Assembly (NCBI RefSeq): GCF_963921235.1
Contig: NC_086097.1
Span: 198,402,001 to 198,466,000, forward strand
DNA length: 64,000 nt
Reading direction: 5' to 3'
Source: Mobula hypostoma
Taxonomy: Eukaryota
This document shows positions 1 through 12,996 of this stretch, piece by piece. Position 1 is the first letter of the stretch. Each line of letters starts with the position of its first letter. Below the pieces are notes generated by a model. It did not search any database, had not been told where the DNA came from, and saw only the letters and a list, made by a program, of their open reading frames with translations. A program made the translations under genes and the position numbers.

Positions 1-29
1 GAAATATCTGGTTCAAGTGGTAGCATCAA

Positions 30-360
30 AAGCCTTAAGTCCCGATGCATACATGGGATTTGTTGTTTTGCGAAAGCAGTTTAGTGCAAAGACATAAAAA
101 TCTATAAATCACAATAATAAATAAATAGTGTAGAAAAAGGATGAATGAGATAATGCTCATGGATTCATGGAGTGTTCAGACATCTGATGGTAGAGGGGAA
201 GAAGCTGTTCCTAAATCTTTGAATGCACGTCTTCAGGCTCCTTTACCTTCTCCCTGATGGTAATAATGAGAAGAAGCCATGTCCTGCATGTTAGGGGCCT
301 CAGTGATGGATGCTGCCTTCCTGAGGCACCATCCCTTGAAGATGCCTATGATGGTGAGGA
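30..360 (-). mobile_element. Rex1/Babar-type LINE 3' fragment (degenerate)
   Basis: Minus strand gives a decayed version of the HP..LFSLLPSGRRY...RFRNSFFP C-terminus seen in other copies in the window, followed by an AT-rich 3' UTR. Boundaries approximate. Confidence 0.7.
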
Positions 361-479
361 GACTTCTCTGCTATGTGTAATAGTTAGTATTTGCCCTATA
401 AATGCTCCTCAAAATTTTTATTCATCAGTCAGAGTCCCTTTCAGTTTCCTCCAGTCCAAGGAAAATAAAACCAACTCAT

Positions 480-1010
480 TTTGAAAACAAATTCTTGGCT
501 GCAGAATTTCTTGTTTACTCCCCTCACTATCAATAGTTTTCCTGATCAGGCTTCATGGCAGACCAGCATCCTCCAACAAGTGTTAGACCCTTATTTCCAA
601 ATTTGCTCTTTACATAAACCTGGACATTTCCTCCTGCCCTCTTGTGCAGTTACCTTATCAGTCATGATCTCGGCTTTTTGCTGGATTCTACAGAGATGTA
701 TTCATCATCTTTTTCCAACACAGAGAAATGATTTAGGAGTGAGATTCACTCTGGGGTTCCCTTCACTACCTGCCTGTCTCCCTTTTTTTCTTAGTGATCA
801 TTCATTTCTTTAAACTGAAGAGAGATCATCTCTAAAATTATGCCATTCATATAATCCTCAGCCTTGCAGGTACACCGTGGTGTCCTCCAGATGGCACATA
901 AGCTCTGAAATCCGGTGTTCAAGTTCATCAAACCTTGTCTCCAGACCACAATGACCATCTTGGAGTTCACTTCTGTTATAAGCCATCCAACGCATGGGAC
1001 TGAACACCCA
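480..1010 (-). mobile_element. Very old CR1 ORF1 remnant
   Basis: Minus-strand pieces read ...FDELEHRISEL... (coiled coil), RQVVKGTP...LLNHFSVLE, then IVRGVNKKFCSQE. This is the order expected for CR1 ORF1 upstream of its esterase domain (compare 9837-10079). Many stops. Confidence 0.5.
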
Positions 1011-2109
1011 TTATATACTTCTAATTTAGAAAAGGCACCTTAAAATGTAAACTTCCATGTATTGGAATTGTAAGGAAGTGAAAATGTTTAGTAATCACCT
1101 ACTTCTGTGGTACCAATTGCAGACTGCCCAACCCAAAACAAAGGTTGAGAAACTCCCAGAGACCTTTTATGAAGCCCTTTCATTTATCAACTCCGCATTC
1201 TAATACTGCGGCTTTCCAAAGAGAGCTGTTTCGTGAACTGCCTCCCATCCTTGCTATCATATTTATGGGTCGTTTTATCCAATTGATGAGTGCTTACACA
1301 GGCACATTTGTTATAGGTAAACTATACAGTGATACATAAAACTTCACACTGACATCTTGACAACAAAATCAGAACAACAGCCTCAGGTTAATGTCCTATT
1401 ACTCCAGGTGGGTTTGTACTGTTTGACCCAATATTCTCAGGTTTGGTTGTTATTATTTACGAGGCTGAAAGCAATTTAAAATTCAAATGTGAAGGATAAA
1501 TGGCACAATTAAATGAACAACTGCACTTCTAAATGCAATGACAAATACTGCCAAAAGGAAGCAGTGTACATGAAAAGAATGAAAACCTAATTTACATGAG
1601 AAAATAAAATGAAGTGAATATATCAGGTCTTTTCAATTCATGAGAATAACCCACGTGAGGTGGCTCTTCATGGACTACTTATTTTAGTATTGCTTTTCTT
1701 CCTTGTTTTATGATTTATTCATCAAGACCAAATTGAATAATGCCTGAATGTCTGGCTGCATTATTTGATAGCAAAGCTTGCATTTGAGAAATTGTGATAC
1801 TTATGCTAATTTTTGCAACACAAACCATTCATCAACACAGGACAAGCAGAAATTCAAATGTACTCTGGGTAAATTGTCATTACGGTCAGAATATGATGAA
1901 GAGAATATATTTTTTTCTAGGCAGCCTTAAGTTTTTAAGTTGGAACTATGAGGAAGAAATTAATATGTAATGAATTATTTTGGTTTCCTTCACACACACA
2001 TGCACATGCACACACACAGAAAGGTTATAAAGAATATAAGGAATTACTATATATTCTAGTTTTGAAACAATTAATAGTGCATATTAGCTAGTTCTTAAAG
2101 CAATGGAAT

Positions 2110-2260
2110 CAAAAATCAAATAAGTTCAAATGTTGGAAACCTGAAGTAAAAATATAGAAAAGCTCTGATGAGAGTTAATTGACCTGAAGTATTAAGTATG
2201 CTTTCTCCTCTATAGATGCTGTCTGAACTCTGAATATTTCTGGCATTTCCTACATTTACA
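2110..2260. mobile_element. Ancient PLE terminal-repeat remnant with decayed hammerhead core
   Basis: CTGATGA...CCTGAAGTATT...TAGATGCTGTCTGA...ATTTCTGGCATTT on +, preceded by an oppositely oriented tail-like piece. Resembles the younger PLE termini in the window. Confidence 0.5.
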
Positions 2261-2379
2261 GAAAGTAAAAATTAGTTTTTAATGAGGTGGAACACTTTAT
2301 AGTTAGGAGTTATGTGAATTACAGAGGGAGTTTCAAATGACATATTTCTTAAAATAAATTTATAGTATAAAAGTAAAAC

Positions 2380-2910
2380 AAAAGTCAAAGTCAAGTTTAT
2401 TGCCATATGCTTAAGCACATCACAGGCACATAGCATTAGAGACATAACATTTAAAAGAAAAAAAGCAACATAAATGACATAAAACTATACCAGAAAGAAT
2501 ACAGTTTTAAAAAATTCATTGCAGCGCAGTGTTCAAAGTGGACATAGAGTTGCTATAATGATGTAGTGCTGGTTGGTTCAGGAGCCAGATGATTGTAGGG
2601 AAGTAGCTGTTCTTAAACTGGATGGTGTGGGACTTCATCCAGTGTGTACCTCCTACCCAGTGATAGCTGGGAGAAGATGGCATGACCTGGATGGTGAAGA
2701 TCTTTGATGATTGATGTCTTCTTGAGTCAAAGATGCAGAGGAATGTGCCTGTGATGTGCTGGGCTACATCCACTACACTCTGCGGCTTCTTGCATTTCTG
2801 AACATTCAAATTGTGTTACCAGGTCATGATGCAACCAGTCAGAATACTTCCAACAGTACATTTGTAGAAGTTTGTTAGAATGTTTGGTAACATTGCTTAA
2901 CTTTTTAAGA
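2380..2910 (-). mobile_element. Rex1/Babar-type LINE 3' fragment
   Basis: Decayed RT C-terminus (ORFs 2516-2809 and 2727-3062), AATAAA on minus strand, (ACTTTG)-type tail at ~2380-2397. Confidence 0.7.
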
Positions 2911-3779
2911 AGAAGCTTAGTTCTAATTATCAATGTTTGAAAACTGGCTAATAAGGCATGAGGTAGGCACATTACTTTGTTGTGCTGATTTCCTTTGTGG
3001 CTTACAGCACTACAAGCACTAAGAAAGAATAGCTTAGAGCTGTGCCACACAATAATTATCAAATATTTGTGTTCTGGGCTCTATGACATGCAGACACATT
3101 TCCTTTTGTGCATTTTGGCTACCATACCTGCTTTGAAAATTGCTGGTGGTGAAAATGAAATGAAACAGAGAAAGCCTGGTAGGTCAGGCAGCTTTTACGG
3201 AGAGAGAAAAAGAGAGCTACCATGTCAGGTTGATGATCATCTTTAGATTGAGTTTATACACTGAGTTTTGTGTTTAATTGAACATGGGCTATATTTTGCC
3301 ATACTTTTTAAATTGTTCTCTTAACAGATTTTTTTCTGGATTCTTAAGTGATCACTAAGCAGCAATTAGTGTGCAAATTTATGCTAGAGTTCACAAATAG
3401 TGTTAAAACTTTTATGGCTAAAATTGGCATGCAAGCAGGGATAACATGGTGTGATGAACATAACATCATTTATGGAACAATAAAGAGAAGTTCTTAATGA
3501 AGACAGTCCTATGAGAAGTGCTTTACTGAACACTTTAGAAAGTTGAAGGAGCAGTAAGCGGAGGCTCGGGATGTTGAGTTTCTAAGTGCATAGAGGGCAG
3601 ACTGACAGGATATCTATCTCTAACAGCAGTGTTGAGCTCTTTTATTCTCCACCTGCTGAGTATGTGGTATGAGACATGCTGTGCATTTCTGTCAACAAAG
3701 GAGATAAATCTCCTGATGATAATATCCAGTTGACCCTTGCCATGCAAATTTCATAGTGTGGCAACTATAGTAAACAGGT

Positions 3780-4700
3780 AAATTAATTTATTATTGTCAC
3801 ACGTATTGAGGTACAATGGCAAACTTGTCTTGCATACTGTCCACACAGATCAATTAATTACAATGGCACATGGAAGTAGACAAGTAAAACAAAACCAGAG
3901 TGCAGAATAGAACACTAAAGTACAGAGAAAGTGCGGTGCTGGTAGACAGTAAGGTGCAAGATCATAATGAGGTACCGTGTGAAGTCAAGAGTCCAATTTA
4001 TTGTACCAGGGAAACATACAATAGTTTTATAACAGTGTCCTGTTATAAGAAGCTGCCCTTGAGCCAGGGATGGAGAGAGGAGAGAATGATCAGAGTGGCT
4101 GGGATCTTTAATAATGCTAGCTGCTTTACTGAGGCATTGAGAAGTGTAAATAGTGTCCTTGGAGGGGAGGCTGGTTTCTGTTGTGTTCTAAACTGTGTCC
4201 ACAACTCTCTGCAGTTTCTTGCAGTCATTGGCAGAGCAGTTGCCATACAGTGAGCCATTATGTATCCAGATAGGCTGCTTTCAAAAATAATATTCAGTAA
4301 GGGTTGACAAGGACATACCAGAGACGAGTGTAGGCCAGGGAGGTGGCATCATCCATAGACCTGTTTCAGTGGTAGGTGAATTGCAGTGAGATGAGGTTGT
4401 TTAGCAGGCTGGAGTAAATATTTGCCATGACCAGCCTCTTGAAGGCACTTGACCAGCTGACACTCATGATGGTGAATGTCAGAGCCATTGGCTGGTTGTT
4501 ATTAAAGAACGTTACCTTGTTTTTTTTTGGTTACTGATATGTTAGTGGTTTTAAAGCATGGAGGAACCTCATATTGAAGCAGGGGAAGGTTATAAATAGC
4601 TGCAAATACCGCCCCCCCAGTTGATCTGCGCAGGACCTATGGACACACCCAGGACACCACCAAAGTCTGTTGTTTTCTGTGGGTTTACTCTCTGGAAGCC
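3780..4700 (-). mobile_element. Rex1/Babar-type LINE, internally deleted and degenerate
   Basis: Minus strand shows NPRK...GGVLG...CADQL, then P.AL..IMKC.KRLV-like RT pieces, then the C-terminus and 3' UTR. Confidence 0.65.
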
Positions 4701-4969
4701 TGCGGGGTCTTCATATAGGCCTCATTCCACAAGAATAAGGGTTGTGATCAAAGTAACTAATGGAGGATAGACTTCAAAAAACATGACTATGGGTCTTTTT
4801 CCTTAAAGAGTGCACAAAAACTTCCTAATATTAGAGTAATATGCCAGGAAATTCCTCTCATACAGCTTAGAGCAGATCTAGTTTTAGGTCTATAGTATTC
4901 AGGAACTGCCCAAAGTTTAACATCCATACCTATCATGTGAAAACCAAGGAGTTTGGAGCCAACAATTGA

Positions 4970-5090
4970 TAGAGAAGAAGAGAAAGACAGACAAGCACAG
5001 AGAGCAAAGAAAGAAAGAGAGAAGAAAGAAAAAGAGAAAGAAACGGAAAGTAGGAGACAGACAAATAGACAAAGAGAGAGATAGAGCAAG
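4970..5090 (+). repeat. Purine-rich (GA/GAAA/GACA) low-complexity tract
   Basis: Seen directly. It produces the K/R-rich and S/L/F-rich spurious ORFs here. Confidence 0.9.
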
Positions 5091-5451
5091 AAGTGTACGT
5101 GCCAGATCTTTTCTTCGTTTATACACTGTATTTTTTACAATCTACAAGTTCATAATTCTCATACTACAGTAATCAATATGTCTCTTACATAAAGCCTTTG
5201 GAAGTGGCAATTGTCAGAAGCTAATTAGTTAAAGCATTTAAAGAGAATTTCAGTCACTCAAACAGACTAGAATCAGACATTGTGCCCAGGACTCCTTTGT
5301 TTGCACATGGCATCTCCTATCGGTAAAGTAGTTGGTTCATTTCATCTGCGGTTAAGTGAAAGAAACATTCCCATACACCCATTCTCAAATTAAGCAGAAA
5401 CCTATTTATTTGATCAATCTTACAACTATGTCTTCTGAATTTCCTTCAGAT

Positions 5452-7645
5452 ATCAGAATCAAATCAGGATTATTATCACCGACATGTGAAGTGAAATTTG
5501 TTATCTTAGCAGCAGCAGTTCAAAGCAATACATAATATAGAAGAAGAAGAAGGAAAAAAAAATAAATCAATTATAGTATACATATATTGAATAGATTAAA
5601 ACATGCAAAAAACAGAAATACTGTATATTAAAAAAGTGAGATAGTGTCCAAGGGTTCAACATCCACTTAGAAATCGGATGCCAGAGGGGAAGAAGCTGTT
5701 TCTGAATTGCTGAGCAACACTCACAACACACTGGACTCAGCAGGTCGGGCAGCATCTGTGGAAAAGAACAGGCAACGTTTTGGGCCAGAACCCTTCATCA
5801 GGACTGAAGAGGGAAGGGGCAGAGGCCCTATAAAGAAGGTAGGGGGAGGGTGGGAAGAAGGCTGGTAGGTTCCAGGTGAAAAACCAGTAAGGGGAAAGAT
5901 TAAGGGGTGGGGGAGGGTAAGCAGGGAGAGGATAGTCAGGAAAGGTGAAGAAAGAATAAGGGAAAGCACAATAGGTAGTGCAAGGAGGCGGAACCATGAG
6001 GGAGATAGTAGGCAGCTGGGGGAGGGGCAGAGTGAAACTGGGATGGGGGAAGGGAGGGGGAGGGAACTACCGAAAGTTGGAGAATTCGATGTTCATACCA
6101 AGGGGCTGGAGACTACCCAGACGGTATATGAGGTGTTGCTCCTCCAACCCGGTTTTAGCCTCATCATGGCAGTAGAGGAGGCCATGTATGGACATATCCA
6201 AAGGAGAATGTGAAGCAGAGCTGAAGTGGGTGGCAACCAGGACATCTTGTATGTTGTGGTGGACGGAGCAGAGGTGCTCGACGAAGCGGTCCCCCGATCT
6301 GCGTCGGGTTTCACCGATGTAGAGGAGGCCACACAGGGAGCATCAGATGCAATAGATGACCCCAAAAGACTCACAAGTGAAGTGTTGCCTCACCTGGAAG
6401 GACTGTTTGGGGCCCTGAATGGTGGCAAGAGAGGAGGTGTAGGGACAGGTGTAACACTTACGCTTACAGGGATAAGTGCCGGGTAGGAGATCCGTGGGGA
6501 GGAACGTGTGGACCAGGGAGTCGCGGAGGGAATGATCCCTGTGGAAAGTGGAGAGGGGTAGAGAGGGAAAGATGTGCTTAGTCGTGGGGTCCTGTTGAAG
6601 GTGGCGGAAGTTGAGAAGGATAATGTTCTGGATTCGGAGGCTGGTGGGCTGGTAGGTGAGGACAAGGGGAACTCTGTCCCTGTTGTGGTAATGGGAGGAT
6701 AGGGTGAGGGCCGAAGTGCGGGAAATAGAGGAGATGCAGGTGAGGGCATCATTGATGACGGCGGAAGGGAAACCACAATCCTTGAAGAAAGAGGACATCT
6801 GAGATGTCCTGGAATGGAAAGCCTCATCCTGGGAGTGGATGTGGCGGAAACAGAGGAACTGGGAATAGGGAATGGCATTTTTGCATGTTGCAGGGTGGGA
6901 AGAGGTATAGTTGAGGTAGTTATGAGAGTCAGTGGGCTTGTAAAAGATGTCAGTGGACAGTCTGTCTCCAGAGATGGAGACCGAGAGATCGAGAAAGGGG
7001 ACAGAAGTGTCCGAGATGGACCAAGTGAATTTGAGGGCTGGGTGGAAGTTTGAAGTAAAGTTGATGTGAAATTGACGAGCTCAGCATGAGTGCAGGAAGC
7101 AGCATCAATGTAGTCGTCAATATAGCGAAGGAAAAGTTGGGGAGCAGTACCAGTATAGGTTTCGAGCATAGACTGTTCCACATAACCAACAAAGAGGCAG
7201 GCATAGCTGGGGCCCATGTGAGTGCCCATAGCTACATGTTGTCTGTTCTTTTCCTGCTGAGTTCCTCCAGCGTGTTGTGAGTGTTGCTTTGACCCCAGCA
7301 TCTGCAGATTATTTTGTGTTTCTGAATTGCTGAGTGTGTGCCTTCAAGCTTCTGTACCTCCTACCTGATGGTAACAGTGAGAAAAGGGCATGCCTTGGGT
7401 GCTGAAGATCTTCAATAATGGACGTTCTCTTTCTGAGACACCGCTCCCTGAAGACGTCCTGGGTACTTTGTAGGCTAGTACCCAAGATGGAGCTGATAGA
7501 TTTACAACCCTCTGCAGCTTCTTTCAGTCCTGTGCAGCGGCCCCCACCCCCATACCAGACAGTGATGCAGCTTGTCAGAATGCTTTACACGGTACATCTA
7601 TACAAGTTTTTGAGTGTATTTGTTGACAAGCCTAATCTCTTCACC
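5452..7645 (-). mobile_element. Rex1/Babar-type LINE 3' part, interrupted by a PLE
   Basis: (TTCTGA)-like tail at 5452-5468. RT C-terminal codons continue across the 5715-7320 insertion (LKRLGLSTNTLKNLYRCTV at ~7585-7640). Confidence 0.8.
5715..7320 (-). mobile_element. Penelope-like element (Neptune-type), 5'-truncated, with inverted terminal arm
   Basis: VAMGTHMGPSYACLF, YIDD, Cys linker CKRKCYTC and GIY-YIG pieces. Inverted terminal arm at ~7237-7320. 14-bp TSD TCTGAATTGCTGAG at 5701-5714 and 7321-7334. Confidence 0.93.
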
Positions 7646-10255
7646 AGCCATTGCTGTTCTGCTGTCATCCCTGCTAGTGTCCTCTTCCAATCAACTTTGA
7701 CCTGCTCCTCTTTCATATCTGTGTAATTCTCTTTACTCCACTGTAATATTACTACATCTGATTTTTGCTTCTTATTCTTAAAATGCAGGGTGAATTCCAT
7801 CATATTTTGATGGCTGGCTCCTAAGCGTTCCTTTACCTTAAGCTTCTTAATCAAATCTGGGTCACTCCATAACACCCAATCCGGAATTGCTCTTCCCATA
7901 GTGTGTTCAACCACAAGCTGGTCCAAAAAGCCATTTTGCAGGCATTCTACAAATTCTCACTCTGGAATCCAGAACCAACTGGATTTTCCCAATCTACCTG
8001 TATATAGAAACCCCCTTTTTATATGTCTTTTCTATCTCCCATTGTAATTTGTAGCCCTCATCCTGGCTACCGTTTGAAGGACTATATATACCTCCCATTA
8101 GGGTCTTTTTACCCTTACGGTTTCTTAAATCTACCCACAAGAATTCTCCATCTTCTGACCCTATGTCACCTCTTTCTAAGGATTTGATTTCATTTTTTAC
8201 CACCTACCCCATCTGCCTACCTGGCTGTCCTTTTGATACAATGTGTATCCTTGAATGTTAAGCTCCCAACTATGATCTTTTTTCAGTCACAACTCAAAGG
8301 TGCCCCCAACAGCATACCTGCCAGTCCTTGAGCCTCAAGATAATCTATTTAAAATTTATCAAGCCACGGGCAGGACCAAAACATATGAATTCGAGAGGCC
8401 TCTTCGACATTACACCTATTACAGTATGGAGAAAAATCTGAGTAAAAAGGAGAGAGCTTATCTTTAGTCATATAGGCTCTATGAACCACTTTAAATTGTA
8501 AAAGAGAGTGAAACGCACATAATGAAGAGATGTGAACAAGTTTAAAAATTTCATTCCAAGTATCCTCATCAATTGAAATCTGTATGTCACGTTCCCAGAG
8601 GTTTTTAATTTTGTCTAACGGAATGTTTCTCAATGCCAACAACATACTATAAATATTAGATATAGATCCATTATGAAAAGGTTTCAAAGTAAAAGTTTTA
8701 TCAATTAAATTCTTATCTGGACATTTAGGAAATGCTTGAAGTTGAAAATGCAAGAAATCTCTAATTTGTAAATAACTAAAAAAGTGAGTTTACGAACATT
8801 ATATTTAATAGATAGTTGATCAAATGAGAAAAGACTACCTCTGCAAACAGATCCTGAAAACATTTAATACCTAGTCTATTCCACTCTTTAAAAACTACAT
8901 CAGTCAAAGAAGTTTTAAAAAAATAATTAGAAAAAATGGGACTAGAGAGTGAAAAACCAGATAACCCAAAGAATTTTCCAAATTGTAACCAAATCCTCAA
9001 AGAACGTTTAACTATAAAATTATCAGTTAAATTACTTAAGGATAGAGGAATTGAACAACCAAGAAGAGAAATAATAGAAAATCTATTAACAGAATTAACT
9101 TTTTTTTTCCTTTCTTTTAACCAAACAGCTTTTCTTCTGTTTTTTTCTCTCTTTTTTTCTATTTTGTTATTGGGTTTTGATTTTGCTTTAGATTAGAATA
9201 AAATACACCTTTTCAATATTATGGTTAATTTACAATACATATTCAATCTTGTTTTAGTTTCTATAATACCATGATGTATGTTGTATTCGTCTGTGCAAGT
9301 AATTAATAAAAATACTGAAAAAGAAAGATAATCTATCTGCCTTATTCCATATATTGCATGCATTCAAATATAAAAACTTTCATTCCTGTATGTATCACTC
9401 TTTTTAATTTTGTTCCCATGTTACACTGCAACTCATCCCACTGACTCCAATTTTGCATGATCATCTGCCTGTCCTTCTTAATAATCTCATTACACACTGC
9501 CCCTGCTTGTATACTAACTGTCCTATCTTCAGCCCTAGCACTCCGGTTCCCATACCCCTGCCAAATTAGTTTAAACCCTCCCCAACAGCTCTAGCAAATC
9601 TGCCCATTAGGATATTGGTCCCCCACAAGTTCATTTGTAACTAGATCTTTTTGTATAGGTCCTGCCTTACCCAGGAGAGATCCCAGTGATCCAGAATTCT
9701 GCTCCTTGCACCAATTTTCAGCCATGCATTCATCTATTCTTACCCACACTGGCACGTGGCATAGGGAGCTTTCCACAGATTATTACCCTGGAGATCCCAC
9801 TTTTCAACTTTCTACCTAACTCCCCATATTCCCTCTTCAGGACTCCTCCCTATTGCTACCTATGTTGTTAGTACCAATATATTCCATGACTTCAGGCTGT
9901 TCCCCCTCCCCCTTTAGAATATCGTGGATTCGGTGCGAAACATTCTTGACCCTGGCACCTGGGATGCAACGTATCACCTGGGTGTCTCTTTCACATCCAC
10001 ACCATCTGCTTTCTGCTCTTCTAATTATGGAATTCCTTATCATTACTGCATTCTTTTCCTGCATCCTCTTCTGAGCCACAGAGCCAGACTCAGTGCCTGA
10101 GGCTCAGTGGTTGTGATTTCCCCTGGTAAGTTGTTCCCCCAACAGTTTCAAAAGTGGTATACTTATTATTGAGGGGAATGGACACAGGGGTATTCTGCAC
10201 TGGCTGGTCATTTCTTTTCCCTCTCCTGACAGTCACCTGGAGACTTGCCTCCTGC
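7645..10255 (-). mobile_element. CR1 LINE 5' half (ORF1 esterase plus APE endonuclease), degenerate
   Basis: ORF 9837-10079 (CIPGARV...GEGEQPEV..IGTNNIG) is SGNH-esterase-like ORF1. ORFs 7994-8203 and 7585-7926 are CR1 APE pieces. Interrupted by an L1. Confidence 0.85.
8349..9324. mobile_element. L1 insertion with 5' inversion
   Basis: ORF2 C-terminus (QFKVVHRAY, CNRC...HMFWSCP) on minus at 8349-~9128. T-rich 3' UTR, AATAAA and A-rich tail on plus at ~9129-9324. TSD AAGATAATCTAT at 8337-8348 and 9325-9336. Confidence 0.85.
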
Positions 10256-11279
10256 AAATTATGCTAAATCTGGAAAATAATACACATTTACAGATAAGAT
10301 ATGAGAGCGTCATTCACATATAACAGCTCAGTTGTCATGTTTAAGCCAACCCGGAATGTGAAGGTGCCTGATCAGCTGCTACTGACATCATTCGCCATAC
10401 ATGATCGTCGTGCATTTTAGAGAACCCCTCCATCTGGTTAGAGTCTGCTGGTCTCATGTCAAGAGCATCCCTTTCATTCTCTCATGGTCCTGGTTGCTAT
10501 AGAGATGGTACCAGGAGCAGACTCACAATCTCTAGCCACATTCTGCTCAAAATCCTTTGTGCTCCTTAGCTTCAGATCTGTTAGCTCTCTCAAAGGCTGC
10601 TTGCCTTGTAGCAGCAAGAATACAATATTAACGATTAGTACATTGATTAGCCCTTCACTCCACATTCCCCACTCCTTCTCCCATCTGCTTCCCAATGTTC
10701 CACTTCATAACAAGGACCATAAGTGTTTGGAACAGTCATTATTTTGTTTGTTACTACCTGAACTATAATCCCATACAAATATGTAATTTTATTGAAATAT
10801 TCTTCTCACTTGAAGTGAACTCCCATTCTAAATGTAACATTGCTGTCACAATTGAAGTTATGCTTGTTGACATGGAATATAATTCAAGGCGTTAATATCT
10901 GGAGACTTTAGCACTGCTACCTTGTGCCTTCCACCAAATACAAAAGCCTGCTTATACTGTAAGTTGTTGTTAATAGCTTTCTTAAAGTTGGTAAATGAAA
11001 TTTACAAAGGGCTCTTTTTAATAAAAGATGTATTCCACTTTTGCTGTATCTACTGCACACAATCAGGCGGTTTCTAAAGACTTTCTGGGAGCTGTTTCTT
11101 AAAACATGTTTGCAGATATACATAAGGAGAGGAATTAGTCACTCATGACAATTTGTAATAGTTACATAATCAATATTATGAAACACATAATTTATAACCC
11201 TTCTATAATTATGAAAAAATAAAATAAACTTTGAAGAACTTGGAAAGACAGGAGAGTGTGTCTGATGGTTTTAAAATAT

Positions 11280-11940
11280 TTGTAGAATCCCTTAGGATTC
11301 TCCTTGTCCTTGTCTGCTAGGGCAACCTCATGCCTTCATTTAGCTCTCCTGATTTCCTTCTTAACTGTTGTCTTGCACTTCTTATACTCCATAAGCACCT
11401 CATTTGTTCCTACCTGCTCTGTACTTCCTTTCCTTTTCTCAATCTGTGCCTTAATATCTCTTGAAAACCAAAGCTCCCTAAACCTGTTATCTTTGCCTTT
11501 TATTCTGACAGGCACATACAAGATTTGTAGTCTGAAATTTTTACTTTTAAAGGCCTCCCACTTACCAAGTGTACCTTTACCTGAAAACAACCTGTCCCAA
11601 TCCACAGTTGCCAGATCCTTTCTGATACCATCAAAATTAGTCATTCTTAAATTTTGAATCTCAACCCACAGTCCAGACCTATCATTTTCCATATTTACTT
11701 TGAAACTAATGGCATTGTGATCACTAGAAGCAAAGTGTTCCCTTACACAAATGTCTCTGACCTGCCCTGACTCATTTCCTAATACCAGATCAAGTATCAC
11801 ACACTCTTTCGTTGGCACCTCTACGTACTGATTTAGGAAACATAACTGAATATACTTGACAAACTCTATCCCACCTAAACCTTTACAGTATGGGAGTCCA
11901 GTCAATATGACAAGTTAATATCACTTACTATAACAACATT
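11280..11940 (-). mobile_element. CR1 ORF2 fragment (APE end and linker)
   Basis: ORF 11336-11905 contains FLNQYVEVPT...ILDLVLGNE...SDHNAISF. Confidence 0.88.
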
Positions 11941-12996
11941 GTCTAAAGAAATATAAAAAACATATTTATGTTGCTTGTGGCAGCAATTTTACCTTGGATG
12001 GTGGGATTTTAATTCAACATCAGGAAAGAAAATTAAGATGGTCTCTGGCTGTTACTTAATATGGAGATATGACCTCTGTAAAGCTACCAGAGATGCCAAG
12101 AGACAATAGCAGTACAAAATTGAGTCCCAGAGCAGCCTTCAGTCATTGACTTCAGGAAAGGGGTGTTGTACTTGTGCCTGCATACATCAATTCTACAGAG
12201 TTGAGAGGGTCATAAGCTTCAAGTTCCTAGGAGTGAACATCACCAATATAGCCTGTCCTAATCCAACCATGTTGACCCTATGGGCAAGAGAGCTCACCAG
12301 TTCCTCTAGTTCCTTAAGAGGCTAAAGAAAGTTGGTATGTCCCCTTTGAATCTCACCAACTTACGTCAATACAACATAGCAAGCATCCTATCTGCATCCA
12401 TCATGTCTTGGTATGACAACTTCCCTTCGCATGACTTCAAGAAAATGGAGGAGGCATGTAAGCATGGCTTAGCACATCACAGAAAACAACATTACCACCT
12501 TGGGCTTTATACTTTATACTTTATACTTTATTGTCGTCAAACAATTGATACTAGAACGTACAATCATCACAACGATACTTGATTCTGCGCTTCCTGCTCC
12601 CTGGAGAACAAATCGATAGTAAATATTAAAAAATTAAATTATAAATCATAAATAGAAAATAGAAAATGGAAAGTAAGGTAGCGCAAAAGAAACGAGAGGC
12701 AGGTCTGGATATTTGGATGGTACGGTCCAGATACCGGTCAGGATCTGTTCAGCAGTCTTATCACAGTTGGAAAGAAGCTGTTCCCAAATCTAGTCATATG
12801 ACTCTTCAGACTCCTGAGCCTTTTCCCAGAGGGAAGAGGGATGAAAAGTGTGTTGGCTGGGTGGGTCGTGTCCTTGATTATCCTGGCAGCACTGCTCCGA
12901 CAGCGTGCGGTGTAAAGTGAGTCCAAGGATGGAAGCAACACACATCAAAGTTGCTGGTGAACGCAGCAGGCCAGGCAGCATCTCTAGGAAGAGGCG

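Noticed and set aside
850..1000. Coiled-coil host exon on minus strand
   Set aside because: Better explained as part of a decayed CR1 ORF1; no good splice sites.
4787..5172. Basic or hydrophobic small ORFs
   Set aside because: Artefacts of the purine-rich low-complexity tract.
6390..7301. 303-aa Ser/Pro-rich ORF
   Set aside because: Inverted PLE arm fused to RT, then read out of frame after a frameshift.
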